A stretch of DNA of 64,000 bases from Minisyncoccota bacterium. GTDB taxonomy: Bacteria > Patescibacteriota > Minisyncoccia > UBA6257 > JAGOQP01. The stretch lies in NCBI GenBank assembly GCA_041661795.1, contig JBAZTS010000004.1, positions 6,136 through 70,135 of the forward strand, given 5' to 3'. Of the stretch, positions 51,808 through 61,581 are shown one piece after another. A program made the position numbers and the translations under genes. The notes under the pieces were generated by a model. The model made no database searches. It was not told the origin of the DNA and saw nothing but the letters and a program-made list of their open reading frames with translations. The stretch's first letter is position 1. Each line of letters starts with the position of its first letter.

Positions 51808-54060
51808 ATGAAAAAGATTTTTAAAGTAAAGGGGATGGATTGCGCTTCTTGCGCAACTACCATAGAAAAAGCAGTTGGAAAAATTGAAGGTGTTAAAAAC
51901 GCTTCGGTTAACTTTGCTGCCGATAAACTTTTTGTTGAATGCGATAATGAAATTGATGACCAGAAAATTATTGGCGCAGTTGTTGATGTTGGATATAAAG
52001 CAATGAGTGATAATCACCATCAACATCAAGAAGAGCACGACCACTCCAAAATGGAAAGCGATGCGGAATTTAATACTCTTAAGAAAAAATTGTGGCTTGG
52101 AGTTGTTATTTCTTTAATTGTTTTGTTTTTGAGTTTTGGAGGGGGACTAAAATCTTTTATTCCCGAAAAACTAACTCTTTTTATTCTTTTGGTACTATCA
52201 ACGCCAATTGAATTTTGGGTTGGGAAACAGTTTTGGAGAGGAATGTTCTATGAATTTAAAAACCTAAAGCCGGGAATGGATAGCTTGGTGGCTTTGGGAA
52301 CTGGTGCTGCTTATTTTTTTAGCGCTATAATTGTTGTTGCTAATATCATTCCGGAGTTTAGTAACTCATTCATAGCTAAATTTGAGTCATATTTTGACGT
52401 GGCTGTTGTCGTTACCACGTTTATTATTTTAGGAAAATATCTTGAAGCCAGAGCCAAAGGGTCGGCATCGGAAGCTATAAAAAAACTTTTAAAACTTCAA
52501 GCCACCATTGCTCATCACATTGATGAACAAGAAAATGTCCACGACATTGATATTAATCAAGTCAAAGTTGGTGACATTCTTTTGGTCAAACAAGGAGAAA
52601 AAGTTCCGGTTGATGGGATTATTATAGAAGGGCAAGTTTCTTTAGATGAATCCATGGTTACGGGGGAATCGTTGCCGGTTGATAAAAAATCAGGAGATAA
52701 AATTATCGGAGCTACTATAAACAAGAGCGGAGTTTTTAAAATGAAAGCGGAGAAAGTAGGCAGTGAAACGTTTCTTTCTCAAATTGTTAGAATCGTTCAA
52801 GAAGCTCAGGCCTCAAAAGCGCCGATACAAAAATTAGCCGATAAAATTACTCAAATTTTCGTTCCTATTGTTTTAGCCATTTCAGTTGTAACTTTTGTTG
52901 TCTGGTTTTTTGTCGGTCCTGATCCAAAATTATCTTATGCTCTTGTTAACGCCGTTGCTGTTCTGATAGTAGCTTGCCCATGCGCTTTGGGGTTAGCTAC
53001 TCCCATTGCGGTTATCACGGGAACTGGAAAGGGAGCGGAAAATGGAATTATTATAAGAAATGCTCAAGGCCTAGAAGTTGCTGGAAAAACTCATACCGTA
53101 GTTTTGGATAAAACCGGAACTATTACAGAAGGTAAGCCATCAGTAACTGACATAATAGTGAAGAGCGGAGAACGTATAACGGAAAGCGTGGAAATTTTAA
53201 GAATTGCCGCTAGCTTGGGAGCTAACACTACTCACCCTTTGGATAAGGCGGTTACTGATAAAGCCAAACAGGAAAATATTTCTCTGGCGGCGGTAGAAAA
53301 TTTTGAAGCGGTGACAGGAAAAGGAATACAAGGAACGATAGATGGTAGGAAATATTTATTTGGAAACAAAAAACTGATTGAAGAATTTGGGGTTGTCATT
53401 TCCAAAGAAACTGAAGATAAAATTGATGATTTAAATAATCAGGGTAAAACAGCTTTAATTTTGGGAGACGAAAAATCAGTTGTGGGAATTATTGGAATAG
53501 CTGATACCCTAAAAGATACAGCCGCAGAAACTATTAAGAAATTAAAAGGGATGGGGATAGACGTTTGGATGATAACGGGAGACAGCCAAAAAACCGCTCA
53601 AGCCATTGCTAAAAAAGTTGATATAGAAAATGTTTTGGCTTCGGTTCTGCCTGAACAGAAATCAGAAAAAATAAAAGAAATGCAACGCAATAACAAAGTG
53701 GTAGCTATGGTGGGAGATGGAATAAATGATGCGCCGGCCTTAACACAAGCGGATGTTGGAATAGCTATAGGTACGGGAACCGACATTGCTATTGAATCGG
53801 CGGGGATTACATTGGTATCTGGAGATCCATCCGGAATTTATAAAGCGATTTTATTGTCGCGCAAGACACTATCTAACATAAAACAGAATCTTTTCTGGGC
53901 TTATGCTTACAATATAATTCTTATTCCAGTAGCCGGCGGAGTTTTATATCTATTTGGGGGGCCTCTTCTAAATCCGATTTTAGCTGGAGTAGCAATGGCC
54001 TTCTCTTCTTTATCGGTTGTGCTAAACTCATTGCGCTTAAAAAATATTAAGTTGAGTTAA
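51808..54060 (+). CDS. copA: Copper-translocating P1B-type ATPase
   Basis: N-terminal HMA 'GMDCASCATTIEKAV'; TM 'CPC' motif; DKTGT phosphorylation site; GDGINDAP hinge. Confidence 0.9.
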   Translation: MKKIFKVKGMDCASCATTIEKAVGKIEGVKNASVNFAADKLFVECDNEIDDQKIIGAVVDVGYKAMSDNHHQHQEEHDHSKMESDAEFNTLKKKLWLGVVISLIVLFLSFGGGLKSFIPEKLTLFILLVLSTPIEFWVGKQFWRGMFYEFKNLKPGMDSLVALGTGAAYFFSAIIVVANIIPEFSNSFIAKFESYFDVAVVVTTFIILGKYLEARAKGSASEAIKKLLKLQATIAHHIDEQENVHDIDINQVKVGDILLVKQGEKVPVDGIIIEGQVSLDESMVTGESLPVDKKSGDKIIGATINKSGVFKMKAEKVGSETFLSQIVRIVQEAQASKAPIQKLADKITQIFVPIVLAISVVTFVVWFFVGPDPKLSYALVNAVAVLIVACPCALGLATPIAVITGTGKGAENGIIIRNAQGLEVAGKTHTVVLDKTGTITEGKPSVTDIIVKSGERITESVEILRIAASLGANTTHPLDKAVTDKAKQENISLAAVENFEAVTGKGIQGTIDGRKYLFGNKKLIEEFGVVISKETEDKIDDLNNQGKTALILGDEKSVVGIIGIADTLKDTAAETIKKLKGMGIDVWMITGDSQKTAQAIAKKVDIENVLASVLPEQKSEKIKEMQRNNKVVAMVGDGINDAPALTQADVGIAIGTGTDIAIESAGITLVSGDPSGIYKAILLSRKTLSNIKQNLFWAYAYNIILIPVAGGVLYLFGGPLLNPILAGVAMAFSSLSVVLNSLRLKNIKLS

Positions 54061-54100
54061 AAATAGTTGTATTAATTAAAATAAATTAAATCAAAAAATT

Positions 54101-54730
54101 ATGAAAAAAGAAATTATTATATCAGGTTTAGTCGGCGCGTTTATCGGTATTCTCGTCCTCTTATTTTTCTTTGGAACATGGGGTTGGAACTTTAGAGGAT
54201 GGAATTCAATGATGGGCGGGGATAATAACAACCGCCAAGGAGGCATGATGGGAGACATAAGTCGTTATTTTATTGAGCAAATGATTCCGCACCACGATGA
54301 TGCGATTATCATGGCAGAAATCGCATTCACGAAAGCAGAACATTCAGAAATTAAACAACTCGCAGAAGATATTAAACGAACACAGAGTGAAGAAAATGCA
54401 ATGATGCGCGAATGGTACAAAACATGGTATGGAACAAACGTCTCGGATATTGGTTCTGCGGTTGGACATGGTATGGGAGGGGGAATGATGAACAACGGAA
54501 TGATGGGAAGTGCCACGGATGTTAACACTCTTAAAATTGCAAAACTGTTTGATAAAGAATTTATTGAACAAATGATCCCACATCATCAGATGGCGGTTAT
54601 GATGGCGAATATGGCGTTGAACAGCTCTGATCGTTCCGAAATTAAACAACTTGCCAAAAACATTATTTCCGCACAAACAAAAGAAATCGAAAGTATGCGT
54701 ACTTGGTACAGTTTGTGGTATGTAAATTAA
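54101..54730 (+). CDS. DUF305-domain protein (copper-resistance associated)
   Basis: Two repeats of 'FIEQMIPHH..A..MA'; N-terminal TM helix. Confidence 0.7.
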   Translation: MKKEIIISGLVGAFIGILVLLFFFGTWGWNFRGWNSMMGGDNNNRQGGMMGDISRYFIEQMIPHHDDAIIMAEIAFTKAEHSEIKQLAEDIKRTQSEENAMMREWYKTWYGTNVSDIGSAVGHGMGGGMMNNGMMGSATDVNTLKIAKLFDKEFIEQMIPHHQMAVMMANMALNSSDRSEIKQLAKNIISAQTKEIESMRTWYSLWYVN

Positions 54731-54838
54731 TTTACCTCTATTCTTGGGGGCTATCCGCAAAATAGGTCCTGACTTTTTCAAGTAAGCATCACAGTTTTAC
54801 AAAAATAAAAACACCCTATATGGGTGCTTTTATTTTCG

Positions 54839-55155
54839 TGGAGATGGCGAGAGTTGAACTCGCGTCTAAGATAGTCGTTTTAAAATTACTACATGCTTAG
54901 TTCTTGAGACAAGCTCAAAAGCGGTTTTGCTTTCTATTTTTTCCCCATATCCTACAGAAAGCTACTTGGATATGAGTACTCCTCATATATAACACCGGAT
55001 AATCTCCTATGAGGTGTCAGAGTCCGATGCCTACCTTACGCGAAAGCGAAGGCGGGAGCCAAGTTTTTGTTGGCGTTTATGTTGTTGCCAGTTAGCGGCA
55101 TGGCAGCCGGCATGCAATTTTAAAAGTGCGTATCTTATCGAAGCCCAGCATCCCC
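54839..55155 (-). ncRNA. ssrA: tmRNA (SsrA)
   Basis: Minus-strand 5' GGGGATGCTGGGCTTCGAT... and 3' ...GACGCGAGTTCAACTCTCGCCATCTCCA, giving a tRNA-Ala-like acceptor with G3:U70. Candidate tag reading frame GCC AAC AAA AAC TTG GCT CCC GCC TTC GCT TTC GCG TAA (ANKNLAPAFAFA). Located 5 nt downstream of smpB. Confidence 0.8.
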
Positions 55156-55160
55156 AAAAA

Positions 55161-55601
55161 CTATCTTTTTATACTTCTTCTTATTTCTCTTTCCACTTCT
55201 CTTTTCTTAATAACCTCTCTTTTGTCTTTACCTTCTCTTCCCTTGGTTATGGCAACTTCAACTTTGATGTTGTTGTTCTTATTATAAACACGGAAAGGAA
55301 TAATTGTCAATCCTTTATCCCGGGATTTGCCTATCAACATTTTTATCTGTTCTTTGTGCAACAAAAGACGTCTGGGTCTGTCTTTCTCGTAATTTGGAGG
55401 AGTGTTTTTCTCTTGGAAGGGGGCTATTGAGCACCCTAAAAGCCAGACCTCGTTGTTATAGACCTTAACATATGACCCTGCCAGGGAAATCTTTCCGGCT
55501 CTTATGGCTTTAACCTCAAACCCTAGAAGCTGTATTCCAGCTTCAAGTTTATCCAGGATTTCAAAATTAAAACCGGCTTTTTTATTGACTATTGTTTCCA
55601 T
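55161..55601 (-). CDS. smpB: SsrA-binding protein SmpB
   Basis: 'GIQL.G.EVK..R.GK.SL..SYV', the KDRPRRLLLHK and C-terminal basic tail are typical of SmpB. Confidence 0.85.
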   Translation of the reverse strand: METIVNKKAGFNFEILDKLEAGIQLLGFEVKAIRAGKISLAGSYVKVYNNEVWLLGCSIAPFQEKNTPPNYEKDRPRRLLLHKEQIKMLIGKSRDKGLTIIPFRVYNKNNNIKVEVAITKGREGKDKREVIKKREVEREIRRSIKR

Positions 55602-55667
55602 TGCCTATAAATATTACCATTTTTTTGGTCTTATGGTATAATAGGAGAAATTAAAAATAAATATAAT

Positions 55668-58013
55668 ATGAAAAACTTTAAAATTCTCTTTTCGGTTTTG
55701 TTGTTTGTTTTGTCTATTTCAATGGTCGGAAGTATTAACAATGTCCAAGCTCAAACAGCCGCAACTTTAACGGTTGTGCCATCGTCAATATCTACCCCCA
55801 CAAATGGATTTTATAAATTTAAAGCCATGTACGACCCTGACGGCGCCTCTGGAGTCGAGACACCAAGAGACGTTACTATGCAGTCAACATGGGCATCTGC
55901 CAATCCGGCCTATGTGAATGCTCATTCGGTAATGAAAGGGACTTTCGTTTCTCAAAATTGTATCGGAAACAATCAAGATGTTACCGTTTACGCCTTCTAT
56001 AACAGTATAAGTGGTTTGGCTTTAACCAGGTCTTCTTGCAAATCAGCGGGTTCAAGTTTAGGTCAGGGAACTTTAACAATAAGTGCCAGATTTGGAATTT
56101 TAGATACTTTATCAGGAAGTTTGACTTCTTCAAGAAATCTTACTCAAGAAGAAAAAGATCAGGTGATATTAAAACTTTATAATAGAGAAAGCGTTCTTTT
56201 TAACACTCTTGTTAAAGCCGATTTAAGATTAGATCAGGCAACGTCTTTGGATGTTTTCCCAACATCGGGAGGCGGATCGGGTGATTATTCCGTTTCTTCA
56301 GTTGGTCTTCCTTTAGGATGGGGACTTGCCAAGTCATATTCTTGTCAGGTTACCGTTGGTCAGAGTAAAACATGCCAGATAGGTCTTTTTAAAGACAGGG
56401 TTGATCATACTAGTGACTATAGTGTTGATATGACGGAAGGTCCGGCGGCAATCTTGCCTTCTTTTTCCACTAATCTTGTTCAAGCGCAATTTCAGAAAAC
56501 AGTTCTGGATACTTCTGGAAAAATTATGGACATGAAAATGGTCAAGGTCTCCGGCAAGCAAATTCTTTTGGTTATGGCCAGTGTTTCCGGGGGAGTAAGT
56601 GTTTATTCTTATGATGCAACCGATCCGGGAAATCCGTCTTTGCTTCAGGAAAATAAAATAGGTTCTTATGTTAATTATGGCAATAGTAAATTAATTGTTT
56701 TAGATGATTATCCTTATGTTCTTATATCGCAATTAGTTAGACAGCCAAATCCGAACTATCAAGGAGTTGATTATTGGACTTACACGGGACAAATTGATTC
56801 AAGTGGTAAATTAACCCAAATATCTATCACAAGATTTGCCAAAGATTATCAGGAAAGTCAGGCGGGATTTAATGATAATTCTCCGCAAGCGCTATTTGCG
56901 CTTGGGGGAAAAACTTATTTGGTCACTTCGGACTATTATACTCTCAAGTTTTTTGACGTTACCAGTTCAACGGACCACAACGATGCCAAGATGGTTTCCC
57001 AGTACAATTCGGAAGGTGTCCAATTGGCGCTACAAAGAGGGTCTCCTTGGAATCCCGTAAAAGTGGTTAAGTTTAGTAATAAGGTTTATATCGTGGCTAA
57101 CATGGCCTCGACCGATTCGGGATGGTTCCACGCCAACGCCGTTGATTTTATGTTTGTGGTTGACGTTTCAAATATCGCTAATCCTGTTCTGGTTTTCGCT
57201 CCGCCGAGAGTTTCGTCGCTCTTTAACCATGATTGGCAGTTGAATGCGATGGAAAAAAAATATATTAATCGCGATAACCCTCATTCTGGTAATGTTACCC
57301 TGTTCGACAATGTTTTATCTAAGGCAGTTCATTTTTACAGTCCAAGACAAGAACTTGCCGGAAATCATGCCAATATCTATCAAACTCAAGATGCAAGTGA
57401 AGTTTTACCCAAAATCAGAGTAAGAGATGTTTTGGCCGGTTATTCTGTCGTCGAAGGAAGCAATTTTGTGCAGGAGATAACACAGTCAAGAGTTGTTGTC
57501 TGTGAACAAAGAGGAGCTAAGGGAGATGCCAATAGTTCAGGAAAGGATTGTGGAAGCGGTGTTTTGGGATCAACCGAGCCGGGTAGTTCTTCCGGATACA
57601 GGTTTCCTTATCAGTCAATTAATTTCGGAATTCCATTAGATATGGAAAATGGAGTTGTGGTTAGTTCCTCTGGTAAAGTTGCTCTTCTGACTTCCTCAGG
57701 AATATTATTTGCCGATACTTCTTTGGCTTTTGGAGGGGTAAATTCTATTGATGCAGTTCTGTATCAAAAGGACAGTAAAAACTTTTATGTATTTGTTTCA
57801 ACATCAAAAAATGTTAAATCAGTTAAACTATATTTTGATCAGGGAATAAATCCCCCAGGAACTATTCCTCCACCAGATGATGAGATAATTCCTCCTCCAC
57901 CATCGGATGAAAATCAAACCGGAGGAACGTTTAATCTTCCTTCTAATTTTACCACCAGCCCGTTTTCAATCAGAGGATTGATTAGGTTTATAGAAAAGCT
58001 TAAGGGACTTTAA
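55668..58013 (+). CDS. Large hypothetical secreted protein (781 aa) with a Pro-rich C-terminus
   Basis: Signal peptide; beta-rich; no recognisable catalytic motif. Confidence 0.45.
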   Translation: MKNFKILFSVLLFVLSISMVGSINNVQAQTAATLTVVPSSISTPTNGFYKFKAMYDPDGASGVETPRDVTMQSTWASANPAYVNAHSVMKGTFVSQNCIGNNQDVTVYAFYNSISGLALTRSSCKSAGSSLGQGTLTISARFGILDTLSGSLTSSRNLTQEEKDQVILKLYNRESVLFNTLVKADLRLDQATSLDVFPTSGGGSGDYSVSSVGLPLGWGLAKSYSCQVTVGQSKTCQIGLFKDRVDHTSDYSVDMTEGPAAILPSFSTNLVQAQFQKTVLDTSGKIMDMKMVKVSGKQILLVMASVSGGVSVYSYDATDPGNPSLLQENKIGSYVNYGNSKLIVLDDYPYVLISQLVRQPNPNYQGVDYWTYTGQIDSSGKLTQISITRFAKDYQESQAGFNDNSPQALFALGGKTYLVTSDYYTLKFFDVTSSTDHNDAKMVSQYNSEGVQLALQRGSPWNPVKVVKFSNKVYIVANMASTDSGWFHANAVDFMFVVDVSNIANPVLVFAPPRVSSLFNHDWQLNAMEKKYINRDNPHSGNVTLFDNVLSKAVHFYSPRQELAGNHANIYQTQDASEVLPKIRVRDVLAGYSVVEGSNFVQEITQSRVVVCEQRGAKGDANSSGKDCGSGVLGSTEPGSSSGYRFPYQSINFGIPLDMENGVVVSSSGKVALLTSSGILFADTSLAFGGVNSIDAVLYQKDSKNFYVFVSTSKNVKSVKLYFDQGINPPGTIPPPDDEIIPPPPSDENQTGGTFNLPSNFTTSPFSIRGLIRFIEKLKGL

Positions 58014-58038
58014 GTTTTGACGTTGTCACACTTTAAAA

Positions 58039-61000
58039 ATGCTTAGAAATTTAAAATCTTTTAACCCTTCGGAAATAGAAGAGAAGATACTCCAATTTTG
58101 GAAGGAAAAGAATATATTTGAAAAAACTTTAATTCCTAAAAAAGGAAAGAAGAAAAAACTTTTCAATTTTTGGGAAGGTCCGCCCACAGCCAATGGCAGG
58201 CCGGGCATTCACCATGTTATCGCAAGGTCCTTTAAGGATGTTGTTTTGAGATACAAAACAATGGCGGGTTTTACCGTTCCAAGACGTGGTGGATGGGATA
58301 CTCACGGGCTTCCGGTTGAACTTCAAACAGAAAAGCAACTTGGGCTTGCCTCTAAAAAAGATATAGAAAAATATGGGGTAGCCCAGTTTAACCAAAAATG
58401 TAAAGAATCGGTCTGGATATACAAAAGTGAATGGGAAAAATTCACTGAGCGCATAGCTTATTGGCTTGATTTGAAAAACGCTTATGTAACATACAAGAAT
58501 AGATACATAGAAACACTCTGGTGGATAATTTCGCAGTTTTGGAAAAAGGGTTTGATGTATCAGGGATACAAAATTGTTAACTGGTGTACCAGATGCGGGA
58601 CATCTCTTTCTTCCCATGAAGTTGCTCAGGGGTATAAAGAAGTTACTGAAAATTCGGTTTATATAAAATTTAAACTAAATAAAGGACAGAAAATTAAAAA
58701 TATCGCGACCGATGATAAAACATTTGTTCTTTCTTGGACGACTACACCATGGACTTTACCGGGCAATGTAGCTTTGGCTGTTGGGGAAAAGATAAATTAT
58801 TCTCTTGTGGAAGATTCTCAAACAAAGGAAAAATATATAATCGCTTCTGAACTTAAAAATTCTGTTTTGAAAGGAGAAAATTTAAAAGATTTGGTAAATT
58901 TTACCGGAAAAGATTTAATGGGACTTTCTTATAAACCTCTTTTTGACATTGCTACTTTAAAATCCAATACTTCCTATAAAATTTATCCTGCTGATTTTGT
59001 AACGACCACCGACGGAACTGGAGTGGTTCATACCGCCGTGGTTTACGGAGAAGACGATTATAATTTAGGTAAAAAAATAGGTCTTCCAGAAGTTCATACG
59101 GTTGATGAAAACGGAAAATTTGTTTCTCAGGTAAAAGATCTTTCTGGGCTCTACGTTAAATCAAAAGAAGCGGAAGAGAAAATATTTGAACATCTAAAAA
59201 ACAATGGAAATTTTGTTTCCATTCTTCCGTATACTCATGAGTACCCCTTCTGTTGGAGGTGCGATTCACCTCTGCTTTACTATGCCAGAAGCGCCTGGTT
59301 TGTGGCGGTTAATAAAGTCAAAAAACAACTTATTGAAAACAATCAGAAAATAAATTGGGTGCCTTCCCATATCAAAGATGGCCGTTTTGGGGAGTGGCTC
59401 AAAGAAGTCAAAGATTGGAATTTTTCCCGAGAAAGATATTGGGGAACTCCTCTTCCTATATGGAAATGCGACAAGTGCGATAACCACAGAATAATTGAGA
59501 ATTTTAACCAACTCACGGAACTTCTGCCAAAAAGCTCCAATAGCTATATATTAATGAGGCATGGACAGTCCCAGGGCAATGTAAAAGGAATTTCCAACGG
59601 TAATCCAAAGGATAGAAATAAATTTAGTTTGACTCTTAAGGGCAACGTTGAAGCTCAAAAAAGCGCTCAAGCCATAAAAAAGAATGGCGGAGTGGATATA
59701 ATTATTTCTTCTGATTTTCAGAGAACGGCTCAAACAGCCAAAGTTGTTGCTGAAGTTTTGGGAGTAAAAAAAGTTATCTTTGATAAGCGCTTGAGAGAAA
59801 TAAATGTAGGCGTTTTTGATAATTCTCCTATAAATAATTATCACCTTTTCTTTTCTTCTTACGAAGAAAAATTTTTGAAAAATCCGCCCAAAGGGGAAAG
59901 TTTAAGAGATGTAGCCGCAAGAGTGTATTCTCTGATAAAAGAAATTGAAAAAAAATATAAAAATAAAAAGATTTTAATTGTCAGTCATGAATATACATTA
60001 TGGATGGCTTCGGGAGTTATCAATGGTTATGATCAGGACGAAATGATAAGAGAAAAAGAAAAAAGAGGAGATGACTATTTAGGAACGGCTCAATGGGAAA
60101 AAATTAATTTCAAAAATGTTCCAAGAGACAAGGAAGGTTTTTGTGATTATCACAAGCCACACATAGACGCGGTTTCTTTTCCTTGCGATAAATGCAAAGG
60201 GAAAATGACAAGAGTTAAAGAAGTAGCCGATGTTTGGTTTGATGCCGGGTCAATGCCGTTTGCTCAAGACCATTTTCCGTTTAACAAAAACATTACTTTT
60301 CCGGCTGACTATATTTCCGAAGCCGTAGATCAGACCAGGGGGTGGTTTTATACTCTTTTGGCTGTATCAACTTTATTAGGGTTAAAGGGTTGTTATAAAA
60401 ATGTTATTTGCTTGGGACACATTAGGGATAAAAACGGTCAGAAAATGTCTAAGTCGCGAGGTAATGTTATTGACCCTTGGTTGATGATAAACAAATACGG
60501 AGCCGATGCATTGAGGTGGTATCTTTTTAACGTTAATGCTCCCGGAGAACCAAAAAACTTTGACGAGGAAGAATTGGCCAAAACTTTAAGAAAAACAATT
60601 TTAGTTATATATAACTCTTTTGTATTTTTAGAAACTTACGGAAAAAAAGGAGTGGATATCGGTCTCGCTTTAAAGTCCCCAAATGTCTTGGATAAATGGA
60701 TAGTAGAAAGAGTTTTTCAACTTTCCGATTCTGTAAGAAAGAATATGGATGCTTACGACATTATTAAATCTGGACAAAACATAGAACAGTTTATAGATGA
60801 TCTTTCCCGCTGGTATATAAGGAGGTCCAGAAGACGACTTCAGAAGCCAGAAGAAAAGTTATCAAATAAAAATAATGATTATCAAAATGCTTCAGCTACT
60901 CTGGCCTACGCTCTTTTATCTCTTTCCAAAATCATGGCTCCCTTTGTTCCGTTCTTTTCCGAAGCACTTTATCAATCGTTAAAGAAAGAGACCAAGTTTG

Positions 61001-61581
61001 ATTCAAAAGAATCAGTTCATCTGGAAGAATGGCCTAATTTAGGGGAAAGAGGAAAGGGGAAAGGGGAAAGCAAAAATCTGACTGAAGAGATGGAAGAGAT
61101 AAGAAAAATAGCATCACTGGTTTTGGCAAAAAGGTCAGAGCTGGGAATAAAAGTAAGACAGCCACTAGCTTTGCTTAGGGTAAAGGGTGCATGGTTTAGG
61201 GGTAAGGGAGATGAGGGGTTGTTGGAGATACTTAAAGATGAGGTGAATGTAAAAGAGGTTATTGTTGATAAAAAGTTAAAGAATGAATTTGAATTGGATA
61301 CAAATATTACTTCGGAACTTAAAAACGAAGGTATGATAAGAGAACTCACAAGAATAATCCAGGACTTAAGACAAAAATCTGGTTGTGTCCCTAAAAATAA
61401 GATATTTATTTGGATAGAAAGCGTGCCCGAGATAGAAAACTTTGTGAAAATTAATACAAAAGTCATCTCTCTGGAAGTTGGGGCTAAAAAAATTGAATTT
61501 GGCAAAAAAGACAAATTTGACGCCGAGGAGGAAACTAAAATTGACGGCCAAAAGATTTGGGTAGGAATTAAAAAAGCTTAG
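58039..61581 (+). CDS. ileS: Isoleucyl-tRNA synthetase with an inserted histidine-phosphatase (PGAM-like) domain
   Basis: HIGH 'PGIHHV' and 'KMSKS' motifs, the IleRS-type N-terminus (PPTANG...GWDTHGLPVE) and a Zn-binding C..C pair. About 230 aa between 'WKCDKCDNHR' and 'DYHKPHID' carry 'LMRHGQSQGN' (RHG motif) and 'LIVSHEYTL' of the histidine-phosphatase superfamily. Confidence 0.8.
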   Translation: MLRNLKSFNPSEIEEKILQFWKEKNIFEKTLIPKKGKKKKLFNFWEGPPTANGRPGIHHVIARSFKDVVLRYKTMAGFTVPRRGGWDTHGLPVELQTEKQLGLASKKDIEKYGVAQFNQKCKESVWIYKSEWEKFTERIAYWLDLKNAYVTYKNRYIETLWWIISQFWKKGLMYQGYKIVNWCTRCGTSLSSHEVAQGYKEVTENSVYIKFKLNKGQKIKNIATDDKTFVLSWTTTPWTLPGNVALAVGEKINYSLVEDSQTKEKYIIASELKNSVLKGENLKDLVNFTGKDLMGLSYKPLFDIATLKSNTSYKIYPADFVTTTDGTGVVHTAVVYGEDDYNLGKKIGLPEVHTVDENGKFVSQVKDLSGLYVKSKEAEEKIFEHLKNNGNFVSILPYTHEYPFCWRCDSPLLYYARSAWFVAVNKVKKQLIENNQKINWVPSHIKDGRFGEWLKEVKDWNFSRERYWGTPLPIWKCDKCDNHRIIENFNQLTELLPKSSNSYILMRHGQSQGNVKGISNGNPKDRNKFSLTLKGNVEAQKSAQAIKKNGGVDIIISSDFQRTAQTAKVVAEVLGVKKVIFDKRLREINVGVFDNSPINNYHLFFSSYEEKFLKNPPKGESLRDVAARVYSLIKEIEKKYKNKKILIVSHEYTLWMASGVINGYDQDEMIREKEKRGDDYLGTAQWEKINFKNVPRDKEGFCDYHKPHIDAVSFPCDKCKGKMTRVKEVADVWFDAGSMPFAQDHFPFNKNITFPADYISEAVDQTRGWFYTLLAVSTLLGLKGCYKNVICLGHIRDKNGQKMSKSRGNVIDPWLMINKYGADALRWYLFNVNAPGEPKNFDEEELAKTLRKTILVIYNSFVFLETYGKKGVDIGLALKSPNVLDKWIVERVFQLSDSVRKNMDAYDIIKSGQNIEQFIDDLSRWYIRRSRRRLQKPEEKLSNKNNDYQNASATLAYALLSLSKIMAPFVPFFSEALYQSLKKETKFDSKESVHLEEWPNLGERGKGKGESKNLTEEMEEIRKIASLVLAKRSELGIKVRQPLALLRVKGAWFRGKGDEGLLEILKDEVNVKEVIVDKKLKNEFELDTNITSELKNEGMIRELTRIIQDLRQKSGCVPKNKIFIWIESVPEIENFVKINTKVISLEVGAKKIEFGKKDKFDAEEETKIDGQKIWVGIKKA

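Noticed and set aside
54344-54781. 145-aa minus-strand ORF
   Set aside because: It is antisense to the well-supported DUF305 gene (54101-54730, duplicated FIEQMIPHH motifs). Its His-rich sequence is the mirror of that gene.
55014-55430. 138-aa plus-strand ORF
   Set aside because: It lies entirely antisense to, and overlapping, the tmRNA gene and the smpB 3' end. It is a low-complexity translation with no ribosome-binding site, so spurious.
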